A stretch of 11,307 bases of DNA from the NCBI GenBank assembly GCA_002729175.1, contig PBTS01000069.1, forward strand, positions 36,674-47,980, read 5' to 3'. The notes beneath the pieces were generated by a model. It was not told where the DNA came from. It saw nothing but the letters and a program-made list of their open reading frames with translations, and made no database searches. Numbering within the stretch: position 1 is the first letter of the stretch; every line of letters begins with the position of its first letter. Shown piece after piece: positions 8,032 to 11,307 of this stretch. Position numbers and translations under genes: made by a program. The DNA is from Fidelibacterota bacterium. Its GTDB lineage: Bacteria > Fidelibacterota > Marinisomatia > Marinisomatales > S15-B10.

Positions 8032-8060
8032 CGAGTATATTATACAAAAGGCGTATATTC
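8032..8060 (-). promoter_or_regulatory. Putative dinB promoter: -10 TATAAT overlapped by palindrome TATAC-N7-GTATA
   Basis: Minus-strand TATAAT at 8044-8039; palindrome at 8041-8057; no convincing -35 at canonical spacing. Confidence 0.45.
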
Positions 8061-8084
8061 AAAGAATAATAAAAGGGATTGGGA

Positions 8085-9317
8085 TCAACTGCTGTTCAAA
8101 CTTGTGGTAAAACGGACCAACTCATCAGCAAGCTCATTGACCCTCTCCACAACAGTTTCATCGGTGACGGTGCCGTCATTAAGCCGACTGTATTCTGACA
8201 TCATATAAACGGCAAAGGTGGCCAGCCAGTGCTCCCCGCCATAGCCGCTATCAAACATAATGTTGTATCCTTCCCGGGCATGGATGGCCGCCAGCCGCAA
8301 AAAGATCTCCCGCCTCGTATCAGACTCAGGCAACACGGACGCCAACTGGTTCATGGTCCACGCCCGGTGAAACATGAGGCCGATAAGGTGCCCTATACCC
8401 GGATCTTCCGGATCCAGTACCACCGGCGGTGTTCTCAGGGGTGCGAATCGGTCGTCGACCATTGGCGGGAGAAATGTGTCCAGCCAGGCCGGGAATGCGC
8501 CCCTCTCCATTGTTTTGCTCATGGATTCAGCTTCCGACAGACAGGGCGAAAGAAAGTCTGTTCCCGATGGTTCGTAGGCTGTGGGGCAGTCCCTGTCACT
8601 TGCGAAATACTGCTCGCTGAAATGCTTTATGCTACCAAGTAATGCTGTATCGCCAACGGTTTTCGCATAGTCGTGCATGAGAGAAAAAGAGAATGCCGAA
8701 TTGCTGTGTGTCCCCGGTCGGAGTGGTGAAGAGAGGACTTCCAAATACTCTACTGTTTTCTTTGACAGAAGTTCTACAAGGGGCTGCATGTTTTCAGCCC
8801 ATCGCTGACCTTCAGGGTCATCCCATGTTGACAGCTCACTGTAAAGTCTCATGAGCCATGCCCAGCCGTACGTCCGTTCAAAACCCTTGGTGAACTCATT
8901 GTCAGTAAAGAAATGGAATTCGGCTTCCAATTTTTCGGCGCTGAGGTTATTACGAAGTTTCGTGCGGATGCTGTCCCCCACTGAAATATTGGGAAACATC
9001 TTAAGTATCTTTGTCATGGTCCAGTGTCCGTGGACGGCGGAGTGCCAGTCCCAGCAGCCGTAGAACGACGGGGTCACTTCATAGTGAGGCTTGATCCACT
9101 CTTCGCTATCGAACCTGTAACCAATCTTGTAGGGAAATTCCCGTTCCACACAGTTGAGGGACAGTTTCACTAATTCTACCGCCCGCGCCTCATCCAAAAC
9201 CGGTGGCGAAACTTGAGGCAGTGATTTTAGGAGAGATGCTGCTTCGCGTTCCGGCGTGGAACAACCCCCCATAAAAATAAGCGCCAATACAACTGCCCAA
9301 ACATATCTGCTTTTCAC
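8085..9317 (-). CDS. DUF2891 family protein, predicted lipoprotein
   Basis: Motifs PSFYGCWDWHSAVHGHW, FERTYGWAW, RPGTHSNSAF, EPSGTDFLSPCL, HLIGL and YGGEHWLATFAVY. N-terminal lipobox-like ALIFMGG-C. The GTG start overlaps the upstream TGA (GTGA). Confidence 0.85.
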   Translation of the reverse strand: MKSRYVWAVVLALIFMGGCSTPEREAASLLKSLPQVSPPVLDEARAVELVKLSLNCVEREFPYKIGYRFDSEEWIKPHYEVTPSFYGCWDWHSAVHGHWTMTKILKMFPNISVGDSIRTKLRNNLSAEKLEAEFHFFTDNEFTKGFERTYGWAWLMRLYSELSTWDDPEGQRWAENMQPLVELLSKKTVEYLEVLSSPLRPGTHSNSAFSFSLMHDYAKTVGDTALLGSIKHFSEQYFASDRDCPTAYEPSGTDFLSPCLSEAESMSKTMERGAFPAWLDTFLPPMVDDRFAPLRTPPVVLDPEDPGIGHLIGLMFHRAWTMNQLASVLPESDTRREIFLRLAAIHAREGYNIMFDSGYGGEHWLATFAVYMMSEYSRLNDGTVTDETVVERVNELADELVRFTTSLNSS

Positions 9318-10210
9318 TCTATCTCCTCTCTTATCATTGTTCTTTTCGCCAGATCAAATCTATCTCCTTCCCGCAACAGGTGGAACGGCCGGAAATCATT
9401 CTGGCTCAGCATGGGGAATTCTTCACTATTTAATGAACCGTTGTAAATGGCTACATAGCTCTTCCCTATCACTTCACATTGATAGCCCTTCACCACAATG
9501 GCTGTTCCCTCGTCAAGGCCGATCCCTAACAAACTGGGATGCTTGGCTAATACGGAGTACATATCGAACTGCCTGTTTCGCCTCAAGAGGTGTTGGTCGA
9601 TGGCAGAATTTGTGAGCAAAGAGAATCCTTCCTTGTGATCACCCATCATGATGGTATTGCCACTGGTGTCACCCCTTACCAGGTATGACCCCTGAATAGT
9701 GGCCCCAGCGGAAGATCCTCCAACGACTCCGCTCCGGGCCAGAACACCCCGAATTGCTTCCAGTGTTACAGTGTTGGCGTATGCATCCACCAACCGCCAC
9801 TGACGGCCACCGGTGAACCAGACACCTGTAGCGGTCATGACAGCTACAGCAAATTCAGTGTTGTCAGCTTCGTTAGGATCCCGAGTATGAAGAACCTCAA
9901 CCATTGCGGCGCCACGATCCAGGAACATGGTCCTTAATTGTTTCTCTCTATCAGGAAATCCTATATACAGGTCAGTCCCGGCGGTGGGAATGACAACAAT
10001 TTCCGCTTTCTTACCCCCGGCCAGTTCCACAAATTTTTCCAGAATACCAGTCCCATCCAGTTTGCCTCCACCAGCAATGACAAGATGTCCATTCTCCGAC
10101 CCTTTAACAGGTGCCCATTGGTTAGGACTAATAGGTTGGGGAGCAGTAGAGCATGTGAGCCAAAAAACCACACTCAATAGAAAAATAACTGTACGTAACA
10201 ATTTCACCAT
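9314..10210 (-). CDS. Cyanophycinase (peptidase S51), with export/lipoprotein-like signal
   Basis: LVIAGGG, VVIPTA, GVWFTGGRQWRL, nucleophile motif GGSSAGA, IDQH and GIGLDEGTA. The likely start is ATG 10210 (MVKLLRTVIFLLSVVFWLT-C), which avoids overlap with the transporter. Confidence 0.88.
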   Translation of the reverse strand: MVKLLRTVIFLLSVVFWLTCSTAPQPISPNQWAPVKGSENGHLVIAGGGKLDGTGILEKFVELAGGKKAEIVVIPTAGTDLYIGFPDREKQLRTMFLDRGAAMVEVLHTRDPNEADNTEFAVAVMTATGVWFTGGRQWRLVDAYANTVTLEAIRGVLARSGVVGGSSAGATIQGSYLVRGDTSGNTIMMGDHKEGFSLLTNSAIDQHLLRRNRQFDMYSVLAKHPSLLGIGLDEGTAIVVKGYQCEVIGKSYVAIYNGSLNSEEFPMLSQNDFRPFHLLREGDRFDLAKRTMIREEIE

Positions 10211-10226
10211 AAAAGCAATTGAAATA

Positions 10227-11307
10227 TTAGTTCTCAACAAGCGGCTTTTCTGTTGCCTGGCTCCTTGCATATTGAGCTCGGCTCAACCGCAGAGATAGCA
10301 GTCCCCAAACACCGGCCAGAGGTACAGTGGTCGTGGCAACAGCCGTGAGTGACAATCCCAAAGCTGCAAATAAACCATCCACCCCTGCGCCCGCCACATC
10401 TCCGCCGCGATATAGAAATACATCAACAATGGGTTTTGCTTTATATTTTTCTGAGGTGGAGACTACACTGAACAGTGTCTCTCTCGCTGGTCTTGAAACA
10501 GCATACCTTGTCGCCCGGTGTATTGCCTGGAAGATTGCCATCACCCCGTAAAGGGTCCAAATGGAAAGAACAGCGAAGCCGATCATAGTCACGGCTGGCA
10601 ATATAGCCAGGGTCCACCCGACACCTATTCTCTTAATGAGGTGAGTGGTAATAAATATCTGAGTAAACAGTGTGGCCATCTGGGCCAGCATATCGAACTG
10701 AGCAAATCCGGCCACTCTTTGGCTGAGCGTATCCGTATTATTTAAGATGATGCTTGCCTGGGTGAAATAAATCATTGTGTTAGAGATTGCCATCAGTATG
10801 ATGTAAACACCAATCCCAAGAATATATGGAGAGGTGGCAATTGCTCTCATACCGTCCCAAAATGTGCCACCGATCTTTTCAGTTTCTTCCTTCTGATTTT
10901 TTACCTGCTCCATTGCGAGCCGTGAAAGGGATGATCGGATTGCAAGACGATCCAACATCAGCACGATGAAAATCGCCAACCCGAAAAAGGTGGCCCCTAT
11001 TAGCATTAGGCCTACTGGCAAGTAAGCCGATTCAGTCATACCACTTATGACACTGGTGGCCCAGCCACCCGAAATGGCTCCCAGCGTTCCACCTATGCCA
11101 ATAAAGGGGAAAATTCTTTTGCATTGTTCAACATTAAATATATCGACCATAAAGGCCCAGAAAACACTGGTGACAAAAAGATTGATAACACTAAGCCATA
11201 CGTAAAAAGTATACCCAATCAGGCGGGAAATAACGGTCTCTGTATCCGATCCTATTAAACCTCCTCCAGCTGCTATGTCGGTGATTAGTAATCCTGCGAA
11301 GACAAGG
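10227..11307 (-). CDS. NTT/TLC (Npt1-like, ATP:ADP antiporter family) MFS transporter, partial (5' end outside the window)
   Basis: The frame stays open upstream of 11150 to the window edge (...GYTFYVWLSVINLFVTSVFWAFMVDIF...KRIFPFIGIGGTLG). C-terminal family motif RYAVSRPARETLF...KYKAKPIVDVFLYRGGD; multiple hydrophobic segments. Confidence 0.85.
   Translation of the reverse strand, partial: LVFAGLLITDIAAGGGLIGSDTETVISRLIGYTFYVWLSVINLFVTSVFWAFMVDIFNVEQCKRIFPFIGIGGTLGAISGGWATSVISGMTESAYLPVGLMLIGATFFGLAIFIVLMLDRLAIRSSLSRLAMEQVKNQKEETEKIGGTFWDGMRAIATSPYILGIGVYIILMAISNTMIYFTQASIILNNTDTLSQRVAGFAQFDMLAQMATLFTQIFITTHLIKRIGVGWTLAILPAVTMIGFAVLSIWTLYGVMAIFQAIHRATRYAVSRPARETLFSVVSTSEKYKAKPIVDVFLYRGGDVAGAGVDGLFAALGLSLTAVATTTVPLAGVWGLLSLRLSRAQYARSQATEKPLVEN

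Noticed and set aside
10211..10270. Longer cyanophycinase start at 10270
   Set aside because: It overlaps the transporter 3' end; ATG 10210 gives a clean signal peptide.
471..10745. All plus-strand ORFs and the short alternative-frame minus ORFs
   Set aside because: They lie mostly antisense to or inside well-supported genes and show no recognisable motifs, so they are treated as shadow ORFs.

Overview
Bacterial chromosomal segment of moderate GC, with all 11 supported genes on the minus strand. In transcription order (right to left): an NTT/TLC (ATP:ADP antiporter-like) MFS transporter (5' end outside the window), a probably exported cyanophycinase, a DUF2891 lipoprotein, dinB (Y-family Pol IV), ssb, a stand-alone degenerate DnaE-type PHP domain, an Lrp/AsnC regulator, an LhgO-like FAD oxidoreductase, a type II glutamine synthetase, a secreted M28 peptidase and recN (3' end outside the window). 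I found no RNA genes, CRISPR arrays or mobile elements. The gene style suggests an FCB-group bacterium, but that is inference only. Most notable: (i) a dinB-ssb-'PHP-only dnaE' cassette whose DinB carries clamp-binding and RecA-NT-like motifs, with a shared upstream DNA motif and a structured dinB leader; (ii) a tightly coupled transporter-cyanophycinase-DUF2891 operon that may scavenge external cyanophycin. Family calls come from motif recognition by eye; no database searches were run.
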